Below the pieces are notes generated by a model that was not told the DNA's origin, did no database searches, and worked only from the letters and a program-made list of their open reading frames with translations. 64,000 nucleotides of DNA. Origin: Azolla caroliniana. Lineage: Eukaryota; Plantae; Polypodiophyta. The stretch is from the NCBI GenBank assembly GCA_043228905.1, contig JBHGNT010000002.1, forward strand, positions 5,890,001 to 5,954,000, given 5' to 3'. Both the position numbers and the translations under genes were made by a program. This document shows, piece by piece, positions 47,605 through 59,925 of this stretch. Numbering within the stretch: the stretch's first letter is position 1; every line of letters starts with the position of its first letter.

Positions 47605-49290
47605 AGTTAATTAGCTTAGTTAGCAGAAAAGCTAATTAGCTTATTAGTTACATTTACCTCAGTTAGCTACTAGGATAGCTACCACATCGGTAACTGGCTA
47701 CTCTCAATAGCTACTACCATGATAACTAATTAGCTATTCTCAATAGCTAATTTAGTTACTACCAGATAATTAGCTACCAAAATAGCTAACTAGCTACCAT
47801 GATAGCTAATTAGCTATTCTCAATAGCTAATTTAGTTATTACCACATAATTAGCTACCAGAATAGCTAATTAGCATTTAGGATAGCTAATTAGCATTTAG
47901 GATAGCTAATTAGCTATTAGAATATGGTTTTAGCTACCATGATAGCTAAATAGCTACTAGAATAGCTAATTAGAATAGGTAATTAGCTAATTAGCTATTA
48001 GAATAGGTAATTAGCTACCATGATAGTTATTTAGCTACTCTAGTTATTACCAGCTAATTAGCTACTAGGAAAGCTAATTAGGTACCATGATAGCTAATTA
48101 GGTACTAGGACAGCTAATTAGCTACCATGATAGCTAATTAGCTACTAGAACAACTAATTAGCTACTAGGACAACTAATTTCGTTATTACCAACTAATTAG
48201 CTACTACGAAAGCTAATTAGCTACCATGATAGCTAATTAGCTACTAGGACAACTAATTAGCCACCATGATAGCTAATTAGCTACTAGACCAGCTAATTAG
48301 CTACCATGATGGCTAATTAGCTACTAGGACAGCTAATTAGCTACCATGTTGCGTCAAGTGTTCAAAAACACTGTTGTTGTGAACCTTAGTTTTACATGTT
48401 GTTTCCACTATTTAATGGCATTTCATATCATTGCCTAATTCAATACACTGTTCCAAAAGAATAGGGTGGAGCTTATCTGAAGGAGATGTGATAGCAGGAC
48501 TCTTACTTTTAGCCACGTTGGCAGCTATCTCCTCATCTGTTGCAGCGTCATCAGCTCCAGACACATCATGTGTCGTCCTTAATCCACAAGATTCTACAAT
48601 AACATGGCAACTATTTAGGATAGCTAATTAGCTACTTTACTAAACTATGGTAGTAGCTAGGATAGCTAATTAGCTAGTACGATAGCTAATTAGCTACTTT
48701 TCTCAACTATGGTAATAGCTAGGATAGCGAATTAGCTACTTTCTCAACTATGTAGTAGCTAGGATAGCTAATTAGCTGCTAGTAGCTAATTAGCTGCCAG
48801 TAGCTAATTAGCTGCCAGTAGCTAATTAGCTGCCAGTAGCTAATTAGCTAGTAGGATAGCTAATTAGTTGCCAGTAGCTAATTAGCTAGTAGGATAACTA
48901 ATTAGTTGCCAGTAGCTAATTAGCTAGCAGGATAGCTAATTAGCTTTTTTACACAACTATGGTACTAGCTAATTAGCTACTAGATAGCTAATTAGCTAGT
49001 AGGATAGCTAATTAGCTTTTTTACACAACTATGGTACTAGCTAATTAGCTGCCAATGGCTAATTAGCTAGTAGGATAGCTAATTAGCTACTTTACACAAC
49101 TATGGTACTAGCTAATTAGCTATGAGCTAACTAGCTGCCACTTAGCTAATTAACTATTGTAGTAAACTAAGGCAGTAGCTAATTAGCTACTAGGATAGCT
49201 ATTAGCTACTTTAATCAACTATGGTAGTAGCTAATTAGCTACAACGATAGCAGCAAAATAGTTTCCATAATTTTTATGACGTAGCTAATT
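47605..49290. repeat. TAGCTAATTAGCTA palindromic satellite (blocks about 47605-48348 and 48615-49290)
   Basis: Dozens of copies; the same motif lies just inside both TIRs. Confidence 0.95.
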
Positions 49291-51744
49291 AGAAAAGACT
49301 AAGCTTATTAGCTACAGTATGGTATACCTGTAGAGTTGTACTGCAATCTCCAAAACAGAATGCAGCAATTCGACAGGCATATTGAAAACAAAGCAGATGG
49401 TATGTGTGGTTGCATGGTTGTAGGTGAACCAACAAAGACGCAGTTTTGTCCTCCACACCTAACCCGCAAACGATACAACATGCTTGAATTGTCAATAAAT
49501 CATTTTTTGGTTCTCCTTCATTTGGTAAGGGAGCAAGAATGTTCAGGGCCAAATCCTGTCTGCTCCTTACCATTCCCTCCACAAAATGTGGTTGCTTCTT
49601 AAGGCAGCTAACTACCTGTTCTTGATGAATGTATTGTTCCTTCAACGCAATAGAGAAATTTACCGATTAATTATTCCTGTCTGAGAAAGATACACCAACT
49701 TTGCTCAGGAATCGTTAACTTACTTGAAGCTTTTCCAAATTGTAATCTGCAACAGTATTTACACCTAGAAGGTCCAGGTTCATTGAAAGAACTTGGATCT
49801 CTATTTGCAATTGTATTTTACGTTGGGGATCCAGTGGCCCCTCTAATTCAAGCTCCTGTTGCGCAACCTATTCCAAATAATGCTTGATTAGCACATTTTA
49901 CCCTTAAAGTTATTTATAACACAATCACATACCAGCAAAACAATAGTTACCTGAATCTTATTTCTAATCGTTGTAACAGCTAAAGTAACTTTGCTCTCCA
50001 TTGTAGAAGCCATTGTAGCTTTCTTTAAATCAGTCTTAAAAAATGCCAATGTCTCACAGGCTTCATGGACATTTTTTAGCATATAGCTAACCAATGTCTC
50101 ACATGTATCATCGACATTGGCTTTCCTTGGGTGTCGATGTGGTGTATGCCCCCAGTTTTGCTGGGAGTCGGTAGCTGCATCAACAGCTGCCATGCTCCAA
50201 AATCTGTCTATTTTTTGTGCCAAGGTCCCCATCTTTTGGCATCTTTCTAACGATGCCTCACCATAGACTGCCCAAGCTACCCTATACATTTCAAGGTCTC
50301 TGGATTCCTTCGTTGTTTTGCAGTACTCATATGCAAATGCTCTAGCAAATGAAACTGACAACTCATTGTTGACTGGGATCTCCTGATGAACTTTCTGGTG
50401 CAGCCTCATGCAGTCATCGTACAAGTCGGCTCATACATGCTTCAGCTTGACCTTGCCTTTGACTCTAGGCACTGTATATACTGTCATCCAGTCTACATCA
50501 CTGATCAATTTATCACTTAGGACAGTAGGGTCAACACGCTCGAGTGACAGACCATAAGTGTTGTGGAAGTCCTCCTTTGTCTCACAAAATTTTGCGAAGT
50601 TTAGCACTCTCGGATACGGAGGAACGAGCTATTTGAAATATCAAATCAGAAATAAGAAATAGTGCAAAATCAGAATATGTCAGAATCAAAAACCCCAATC
50701 AACAACAGAAATAGTGCAAAATCATTAACTTAGCAAATCAGAAACCCCTTTCAGAAATTGCAATCAGATATTTGTAAACAAAAACCCTAATCATAAATTG
50801 TATTTAGAAATTTGAAATCAGAAACCCTAATCAAAATCTGTAATCAGAAGTTTGTAACCAGAAACCCTATTTAGAAATTCTAATCAGAAATTTATAATAA
50901 AAAACCCTAATCAGAAATTTTAATCAGAAAATTGTAACCAGAAACCGAAACCCTAATCATAATTTGTATTCAGAAATTTGAAATCAGAAACCCTAATCAA
51001 AATCTGTAATCAGAAGTTTGAAATCAGAAACCCTAATCAAAATCTATAATCAGAAGTTTGTAACCAGAAACCCTATTAAGAAATTCTAATTAGAAATTTA
51101 TAATCAAAAACCCTAATTAGAAATTTCAATCAGAAATTCTAATTAGAAATTTATAATCAAAAACCCTAATTAGAAATTTCAATCAGAAACCCTAATCAGA
51201 AATTTCAATCACAAACCCTAATCAGAAATTCTAATCAGAAATTTATAAACAAAAACCCTATTCAGAAATTCTAATCTGTAATCAAAATTTGTAACCAGAA
51301 ACCCTATTCAGAAATTCTACTCAAAAATTTATAATCAAAAACCCTAATAAAAAATTTCAATCACAAACCCTAATAAAAAATTCTAATCAGAAATTTATAA
51401 ACAAAAACCCTAATCATAAATTTCAATCAGAAACCCCAATCATCACTAAAGACAGGATTAAACACAAAAAAAGTAATATAAACACACCTGCTGCTACTCC
51501 CCGATCTGCGAGACATCGTTGTATGGGACTCCAAGGACTTCGCCCTATTCGATTTTGGGGAAATATGAATCGGCACCAAAGTTCAGACAATAGTCAAAAA
51601 GAAAAAACAAATGTTTGGGGTTTCTGTAACTAAAACATACCTAGACGATGATCGAGCGGGTTCTGTGTTGTAGCTCTGAATCTACAATGTCGATTTTCTA
51701 CTGTTGCGGGAGCTACGTCTGCGTTTGTGCTCTGAGTACTCCAT
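49289..51744 (-). pseudogene. Multi-exon cargo gene with C-terminal RING-H2-like finger
   Basis: ATG 51744; donors near 51640 and 51487; acceptor near 50630; ORFs 49888-50424 and 49289-49645 ending CIVC..PCNHTYHLLC..CFGDC. Confidence 0.65.
50640..51445. repeat. AAACCCTAATCAGAAATTT-type intronic satellite (telo-box-like)
   Basis: About 20 AAACCCTA(A/T) units interleaved with ATCAGAAATTT. Confidence 0.9.
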
Positions 51745-52619
51745 CTGTGTTCAAAATCAAACTTAGGCTAAATAGGAAATTGATGACATTGAAGTTGACC
51801 TTAGATGATGGTGTTATTCCCCAAGTTCCACTACGTCTGAAATAGAAGTTCAAATAATTGAGTTTTTTCATAAATTAGTTTTTCAAATATTTGATTTTCC
51901 CACAAAAAAGACTAGCTAAACAAATAGCTAATTGGCTATGGCCATTTTAGTAGCTAATTAGCTATAATAGTGTTTCCACTCGCATGCTTTTACCCTAAAA
52001 GCTCTTCTTTAGCCAACAGAGGAGGTTACCTTACTCCCTCATCGCCATAAATCTTGCTGATTGAGACATGTAAATGTCTTCATCGAGATCTCCATGGAGG
52101 AAAGTTGTCTTCACATCTAGTTGTTGTCGCCATGACTCTGAGTACGAGCCGAAGGATGGTCATCTTGACTACAGGTGCGAAGATCTCGTCATAATCGACC
52201 TCGTGTTCTTGCTTGAACCCTTTGGCGATGAGCCAAGCTTTGTACTTGGTTCGTTTAGAACCAAATACATACTTGTATTGGTAGACCCACTTACAAGATA
52301 GCGGCTTCCATTTGGCTGGTAGTTCGACCAACTCCCATGTGTTATTTTCCTTGATCGAGTCCAACTTAGATTGCATGTCTTGTAGCCATGTATCAGCGTT
52401 TGGAGTGACAATAGCTTCCTCATAAGAGGTTGGTTCGTTTGCATCCGTGTAATTGACATAGTCGAGGCCTAGTTGGTAGAACTCAGTCAGTTGTCTATCG
52501 TCCACTTCTCCTTGGTGCCGATATGGAATTACTTGAACCATCTTCAGGAGTCTGTGTAAATGATCTGCTTCAACAATCATCATGTGTTGATATCAGATCA
52601 TCCCCTTCGCCATTGGGAT

Positions 52620-55600
52620 TGTAAATAAAATGAGAACCAAGAGTGGTTGAGATGTAGTTGAAGGACTCTATGTGTGTGTGTGTGTGTATGCACGTAAGGC
52701 AAAACACAGAGAGAGAGTGAGAGATCTCCGCCAATGCGTGCATCTCTTCCTCCATCGCGGCACGCCAAGTCGCGTCTGTAGCCGCTTCTGCGTAGCTCTC
52801 CGGCTCACACACTTCCGCTACACGGGTCATGTACGCATAGTGATGCGCCATGTACTCGTTGTATCCAAACCGCAAAACTGGGTTCTTTTGGCGGGTAGAT
52901 CGGCGTAATCTCACATCAGCCGATGTCGAGGCCTTCTCGGTCGACGCGGACTTTACCTTAAAAGTCCCGTCACCGGTTCCCTCGGAGTCGGACTCGCGTC
53001 GGTCTGACTCGTTCCTATCCGTGCCGGAATCCGACACCTTCTTCTTCCCTTTCTCTTTGCACGTAAGCTGTCTCCTCGCCTTCCTACGCGGGGAATGCAC
53101 GGCCGAGTCTTCACTACTCGCCTGCTCTTCATCGGACCAGTCGTACCGACTCAGTCGTCCAATCGGTCCACTTAAACGGAGTGAAATCGGACTCTCTTCG
53201 CGGGTCTCGATTTCGGGCTCATCCGGAGGCATCTTGGCCTCGTTGAACTCATCGTTAGAGCTCGGATTGGAGTCGGGGTGCGGAGTCGGGGGCTGGTACC
53301 AGGACGCGGACTCGTCAAACACAACGTCACGGCTAACACGCGCTTGTTTGTTGCGAGGGTTATAGCACTTATAGCCCTTCTGCTCATTCGAGTAACTGAC
53401 CAAGATGCATTTCTAGGCCTTTGCGTCCAGCTTCCTCCTTTTCTCCTTTGGTACATGCACATACGCAATGCTACCGAACACCCTCAAGTGTCGCAAGTTT
53501 GGCTTCGATCCGAAATATAGCTCGTGCGCCGACACTTTGTCTCTGATCCAGTTCTGGATGTATACTGCAGCCCTTACCGCCTCACCCCAATAGAACTTGG
53601 GCAAGCTCTTCCCCTCCAGCATTGCCCGTGCCACTTCCACAACTGACCGATTCTTCCTCTCGGCCACGCCGTTCTGCTCCGGCGGCGTATCTACAACTGA
53701 ATTCGCGCCGAATTCCCATTTGTTGTAGATAACCGTTGAATTGACCGGAGAAGTACTCTTTCCCGCCATCCGACCGCAGGCACTTGATCTTTCTTCCCGT
53801 TTCCGTTTCCACGAACCCTTTGAGGTCCCGAAAACAGTCAAAGACTTCGCTCTTCCTCTCAATGAGGTAGATCCACGTGTGCCGCGTGTGGTCGTCGATG
53901 AAGGAAACAAAATATCGGCTCCCGCCAAGACTAACATTTTGTGCTGGCCCCCATACATCGGAGTGTATAAGGTCGAGCTTGTTCCGGCTCCGGTTTCGCT
54001 CATTGGGGAAAGGAAGTCGGTGTTGCTTCCCGAGCTGGCAGGCTTCACAAATTTGTGCCTTTCGGCCACTAAATTTGGGCAATCCGAACACTACCTGTTT
54101 CGATTGCAGATCTTGAAGCCGCTGGTAGTTGATGTGGCCTATCCGCTGGGCCACAAGTCGATGTCCAACTCGGATTTTTGTCCCTTCGCGAACATTGCGG
54201 TGCCGCCGTTAGTGGAGTCGAGGATGAACATCCTCCCGTCTCTGCGCCCTTGCGCAATCACACGGCCTTCTTCCTTAATGAAGCACCCAAGGTGTGTAAA
54301 CCGAACCTCCATCCCTTGGTCGACGATCTGTCCAACCAAGACCAAGTTCTTCGTGATTGTTGGAACGTGCAACACGTTCATGAGCTTCCTTTTCTGCCCG
54401 ACATGGCTAAGGGGAACTTCTCCGACATTCGCGATCGGATGCGGAATGTCGTCTCCAGTTGCGACTACTCCAGGTTGTATCGGTGTTTCAAGGTACGAGA
54501 ACCATTCCTTATGGCTCGTCATGTGGTTTGACTCGTCAGGTTTAATGGTGAGCTTGAGCTTACGTAGTATACGCGGGAGAGACAGAGAGAGAGTGAGAGA
54601 GAGAAAACACAAGAACTATATTCAACAAAAAAAATACTCAATCTCTATTCACCACTCTCTATACATATGTGTGTTCAATGAACACTTTTATACAAGTCCT
54701 AGAAGGACTGACAGAAGTACTGACAGTACTTCAATTCTCATTAAGAGCTCCTACACTAACTCCCAAATATATTCCTCATGGAATATCTTTCCTAACGGCC
54801 TCCCGGTTTACGCACCGATCCGGCCCTACCTACGCACCGGTCTGCGTACCGGTTTACGCATTCGGCCTAACCGATCGGTCCCAACCGATCCGATCCTCGG
54901 CTTCTCTCAACATTACGTTAATCAAAATACTTCCAACTGTAACTAAGTTACAAGGGGTTGTTTTAAATACCAACTAAACTACGGCAAGTGCCCTTTCTAC
55001 TATTTACAAAACTAGCCTTGTATGACCATGACCTAGTGTGAAACCTATTACTATGGGAAGTTGAGTTCGACTCTCAACACACCCCTTCGAACACAACTTC
55101 CATCTGTCGAAAAGTTGTTTCGGTTCTGGCTTAGGAATCCGGCTTCCAGCGTTCGTAATCCTCGAACAGGATTGTTTGGCTTTTCGGCTTCATGCTCGTG
55201 TTGTGTACTCACGTATCATTGCATGTTGTGTACTTGATCAATAGCGTATAGTGCGTGTATCGCTCGAAGTACTCCCCCTCAAGCTCGACAATGTGGATGT
55301 TGTGAGACCAAGATCCGATGTGAATTGCCTCAGCTTGTCGACTTCTAGGGCCTTCATAAAAATATAAGCAATTTGGAGGTGCGTACTGATATGTTGCAGA
55401 TTGATATCTCCGGCCTATACATGCTCGCAGATGAAGTGGTAGTGCACTTCGATGTGTTTAGTTCGCGCATGGAAGACGGGGTTCAGAGCAAGGTAGATGT
55501 TGCTCATGTTGTCGTAGAAGAGGCGAATGGGATCCGTAATGGGAACGCCCAGATCCTTCAGTATGCGCTTGAGCCATACAGCTTTGCATGCGGCGACTGC

Positions 55601-58600
55601 CGCGCACTGGTATTCGGCTTCCGTGCTCGACAATGCGACTGTCGGCTGCTTCTTACTACTCTAGAAGATCGCTCCGCTCCCGAGGGAGAAGACGAATCCG
55701 GATGTTGATTGTTTATCTGCTTTGTATCCTACCCAGTCCGCGTCTGTGTATCCTTCGAGTCGAATGGATGTACTGGATTATACATAATGTCGTAATCCAT
55801 CGTAGTATTGAGATACTAGAGTATCCTGTAGCACAATCGAGATGAAGGTTTCGTGGATTCTGCATGAATTGGCCATGTAGACCGACCGAATAATTGAGAT
55901 CAGGTTGCGTAATCGTGAGATAGATTAAGCTGCCGATCAATTCACGATACTGAGTTGACTTACACACGGTTGTGCCGGAATCGGCATCCATCTTGAGATT
56001 ACGATTGAGAGGGGTGGACACAGGTTTGCATTCGGTCATTCCGAACTTGTAGAGCAAGTTGAGAATGTAGCGCCGTTGAGAGATCATTATTCCGACTGGT
56101 GTCCAAATTACTTCAATGCCTAGGAAGTAATGGAGCTCGTGCAGGTCTTTCATTTCGAATCTGCCAGAGAGAAGTGATTTGACTTTGTTAATCTCGGCGA
56201 GATCCTTTCCTCCGATGACCAAATCATCCACGTAAAGGATGATGAAAATCGGGCTTTCCAACTCGTATCGAATGTACAAGGAAGTATCAAATTTTGACAT
56301 TCGAAATCCAATCTGATGAAGATATTGCATGATCTTCGAGTGCCACACACAGGGTGCTTGTTTGAGGCCGTATAGTGGCTTCTTGAGGTGGCATACGTCG
56401 TTTAGATGATTTCACGATTCAAAACCAGGTGGTTGGATCATGTACACCTCCTCTTCCAATTTGCCTTGAAGAAAGACGTTTTTGACGTCCATCTAGTGGA
56501 GGTGCCACCATTTTGCTGCCGCGATTGCAATTACGGTCCGCACAGTTGTCATCTTTCCAACCGGGGCAAAGGTCTCTTCGTAGTCTACGTCGTGCATTCG
56601 CGCATATCCTTTCGCAACGAGCCGTGCTTAAAGCGATTTACGGAGCCATCAGCATTGTGTTGCATTTTGTAAATCCATCAACAGCGAATCGCTTTCTTGT
56701 ACGATGTGTGAGGGACGAGATCCCATGTCTTGTTTTTGCATAACGCTTCCATTTCCTCATTAATCGAATCGACCCATTGCGGATCCTTTACAATCTCGGA
56801 AAGCATCTCCAACTCTCGTACTAACACTACTTTCATCATGAAGGCGTAATGGTATGCCATATAATCGTTGTAGCCGATACAGTTTACGGGTTTCTTTTCA
56901 TGGGTCGATCAATGGAGTTTCTCGTTTGCTGATACTAGGGCTTTCTTCGCTCCATCTGTCCAGATGATTCGGATGTCCAAGCATTCAAAGTCACTGTCAA
57001 GGGAGTGAGTCGACGGGTTGTTGATTGGATCTTCGTATTCGGACATCTTCGCCTTCCCTTTGTCGAGTTTCATAGGGGCTCCCGTGGTCCAGTAAGCCTT
57101 GTCATAATCGATATTCCTTCGAACATGCATGTGAGCCGATCTTCGTCTTCTATCTCCATTTCGGTGGATTCTGGGTTGAGCGGAGTCAGACTCGAAGTTG
57201 TTTCTGGTGCGTACTAGGATGCAAACTCGTCGAAGACTATGTCTCGACTTGTTCAAGCTTTTCAGGTAGATGGGTTGTAGCATTTGTACCCCTTCTATTT
57301 GAGTGAGTATCCTATGAGGATACATTTCTCTGACTTCGGGTCGAGCTTTTGTCGCGTATCATCGGGAATATGTACGTAAGCGATTGTACCGAAAATGCGG
57401 ACATGCAATAATTCTGGCTTCTTTCCAAAGAACTTCTCATGAGGAGTTACGTCGTGTACTCCCGAGGTTGTGCACCTATTCATGAGGTATACAACCGTGT
57501 TCGCCGCTTCTGCCCAATATGATTTTGGTAGGTTCTTCTCATTCATCATAACCTGTGCGACTTCTACTATGTGCCAGTTTTTACGATCAGCTACGCCATT
57601 CTGCTGAGGTGTGTGACGGCAAGAGAATTCTTGTCGGATTCCTTCCTTTCGGAGATAAGCCGTAAACTCATCCAAAAATTATTCTTTGCCTCCATCCGAT
57701 CGAAAGCAGCGTATGTGCCAAACCATAGCTTTTTCGACTTCGGCTTTGAATCTCTGAAGTATCCGAACACTTCACTCTTTTGTTTCATCAGGGAGATCCA
57801 AGTGTTCCTGGAAAATTCGTCGATGAACGTAAAGTAATATCGGCATCCACCGAGTGTGCTTGTCTGGGCCAGTCCCCATACATCTGAATGTATGACATCC
57901 AGGATCCCTTTGCTGACATTCCTCTCTTTCGGGAATGGATGTCGACATTGCTTTCCGAACTGGCATGCTTCCCATACACCCGTAATCTCCTTCGCGGTAA
58001 AGTTTGGGAGTCCGATTACGACTCCTTTCGATTGCATATTCTGAAGTTTTTGGAGATTGATGCGGTTGATTCTTTTGTGCCACAAATTTAAGTCTGTTTT
58101 GACTTTGAGGCCCTTTGCGAACATGCCCGACTTTACCTCGTTCGATTCGAGGATAAACATACGGCCTTCTCGTCGACCGTGAGCTACGACTTGACCGCCC
58201 CTTTCGATGAAACACACGTCGTTATTAAATCATACTTGCATTCCTTGTTCGACAATCTAGCCGATTGAGACCAGGTTTTTTGTGATGGTAGGGACATGGA
58301 GTACATTCTTGAGGTAGGTTTGTTTTCCGTCGTTTCCGAATGGGACGTTCCCGATGTGTTGTATTGGATGAGTCATGTGATCTCCTGTTTCGACATATCT
58401 GGGACGTTCAGGCTTCCGTAATTCCCGAAACCAATCTTCATGAGACGTCATGTGATTGGATGCTCCTGAATCGACAAACTATACGTTATTTGAGTTGGAG
58501 GCACTAGTTGAATCCTGTGCTGACATCGAGTGTGCTTCATGTCTCATTATGAACATTCCGCCACGGTCACCGTAGTCGGAATTCGTGGCATCGTAATATG

Positions 58601-59925
58601 TAAACATTCCGCTATGGTCGTCATAGTCAGGATTCGATGCGTAGTTCATAAGCTGTCGGCTAGTTGAGGCCGAGTCTCGTACCTTTTTCTGGCACTCCTC
58701 TTCATAGTGGTCGTGTTTTCACAGTATCCACATTCGATCAGGTTGTTACGATTGCTCGGTCCAGCGTGATGACTCCCCCTTCTACTGAACTCTCTAGGAC
58801 CGTTCCTGTCCACTTTCCATTGGTGGGGGTTACGCTCTTGAGTCTGCCGATCATTACAGCCTTGTTCGAATCGACCTCTATTTCCACAGCCGAAATTACT
58901 TCTATCATCCGACTGGGAGTAGAGCATATGACCCGCTATTTCGTTTCTCCTTTGTCGAGCGTGATTTCCCTCAACCAACAATATTGATTGGAGATCGAAA
59001 AATGAAGAAGGGTTCTCCCTTGCAAGGATGGCCGATCTAATCCAGCCAAATCAAGGTGCTAAGGTGTTGAGGCATATTTGCACCATCTTGTCATCGTCGA
59101 TTACAACATTAATCGAACTGAGGGCATCACACTGCTCCTTGATCTTTAAGGTATAGCTTGTGATCGACATGTCCCTCTGTTGCATGTTGTTTAGCTCCTA
59201 TCAAAGTTGGAGGTTTCGTGCAGCCGTGTTGGCCGCAAGAATCTTCCTTCGGTGTTTTCGAATCTCGAATATAGCCAAGCATATGATCATGAACGCATGA
59301 TGCAAGGCAATACAACACACAGCTTGTGGCCTTCTCCCAAGCGGGATAGTCGGCATGTGTTGGGTTGGGTTCAGTTTCGTGAGCTCCTTCAATGTAGCTC
59401 CAGTAAGCTTGTCCGATAGGGTACTGATGCATCTTATATTCCCAAGATGCGAAGTTCGTTCTATCAAGCTTCTCGATAGGAAGAGCACTTCCCATTTGAG
59501 TGTTTATTATGTCGATTTCTTCTCTGTTGATGAGCTGGTTCTCTTGATCGTCGGCGTGTACCACAACATAGTTGAATAGATTCGATTACGCAACCACACA
59601 CTCTGATACCATGTAAATAAAATGAGGAGCAAGAGTGGTTGAGATGTAGCTGAAGGACTATGTGTGTGTGTGTGTGTATGCACATAAGGTAGAACAAAGA
59701 GAGAGAGAGAGAGAGAGAGAGAGTGAGAGAGCTTAAGACAAAAATAAAAGACTGTATATTACGTTAACCAAAATACTTCATACAATAACTAAGTTACAAG
59801 GGGTTGGTTTAAATACCAACTAAACTAGGGCAAGTGCCCTTTCTATTATTTACAAAACTAGCCTGGTATTACCATGAGCTAGTGTGAAACCTATTACTAT
59901 GGGAAGTTGAGTTCGACTCTCAATA
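52620..59925 (-). mobile_element. Full-length decayed Ty1/copia element
   Basis: GGGAT TSD; 5' LTR 59612-59925; PBS 59600-59611; 3' LTR 52620-55079 interrupted; gag-PR-IN-RT-RH remnants. Confidence 0.9.
52723..54912 (-). mobile_element. Truncated copia (family of 10416-16072) inside the 3' LTR of the previous element
   Basis: Partial LTR about 54535-54912 joined to protease-integrase; gag and RT absent. Confidence 0.85.

Larger units (their letters stand above)
45976..51995. mobile_element. Sola2-like TIR DNA transposon (non-autonomous) with a RING-finger cargo gene
   Basis: 25-bp TIRs GGGTGAAAGCATGAGAGTGGAAACA / TGTTTCCACTCGCATGCTTTTACCC; perfect TAAA TSD. Confidence 0.88.

Noticed and set aside
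50640-51445. True or interstitial telomere
   Set aside because: No tandem (CCCTAAA)n; single units are spaced within a TE intron.
53741-54946. 401-aa plus-strand ORF
   Set aside because: Antisense shadow of copia integrase, protease and LTR.
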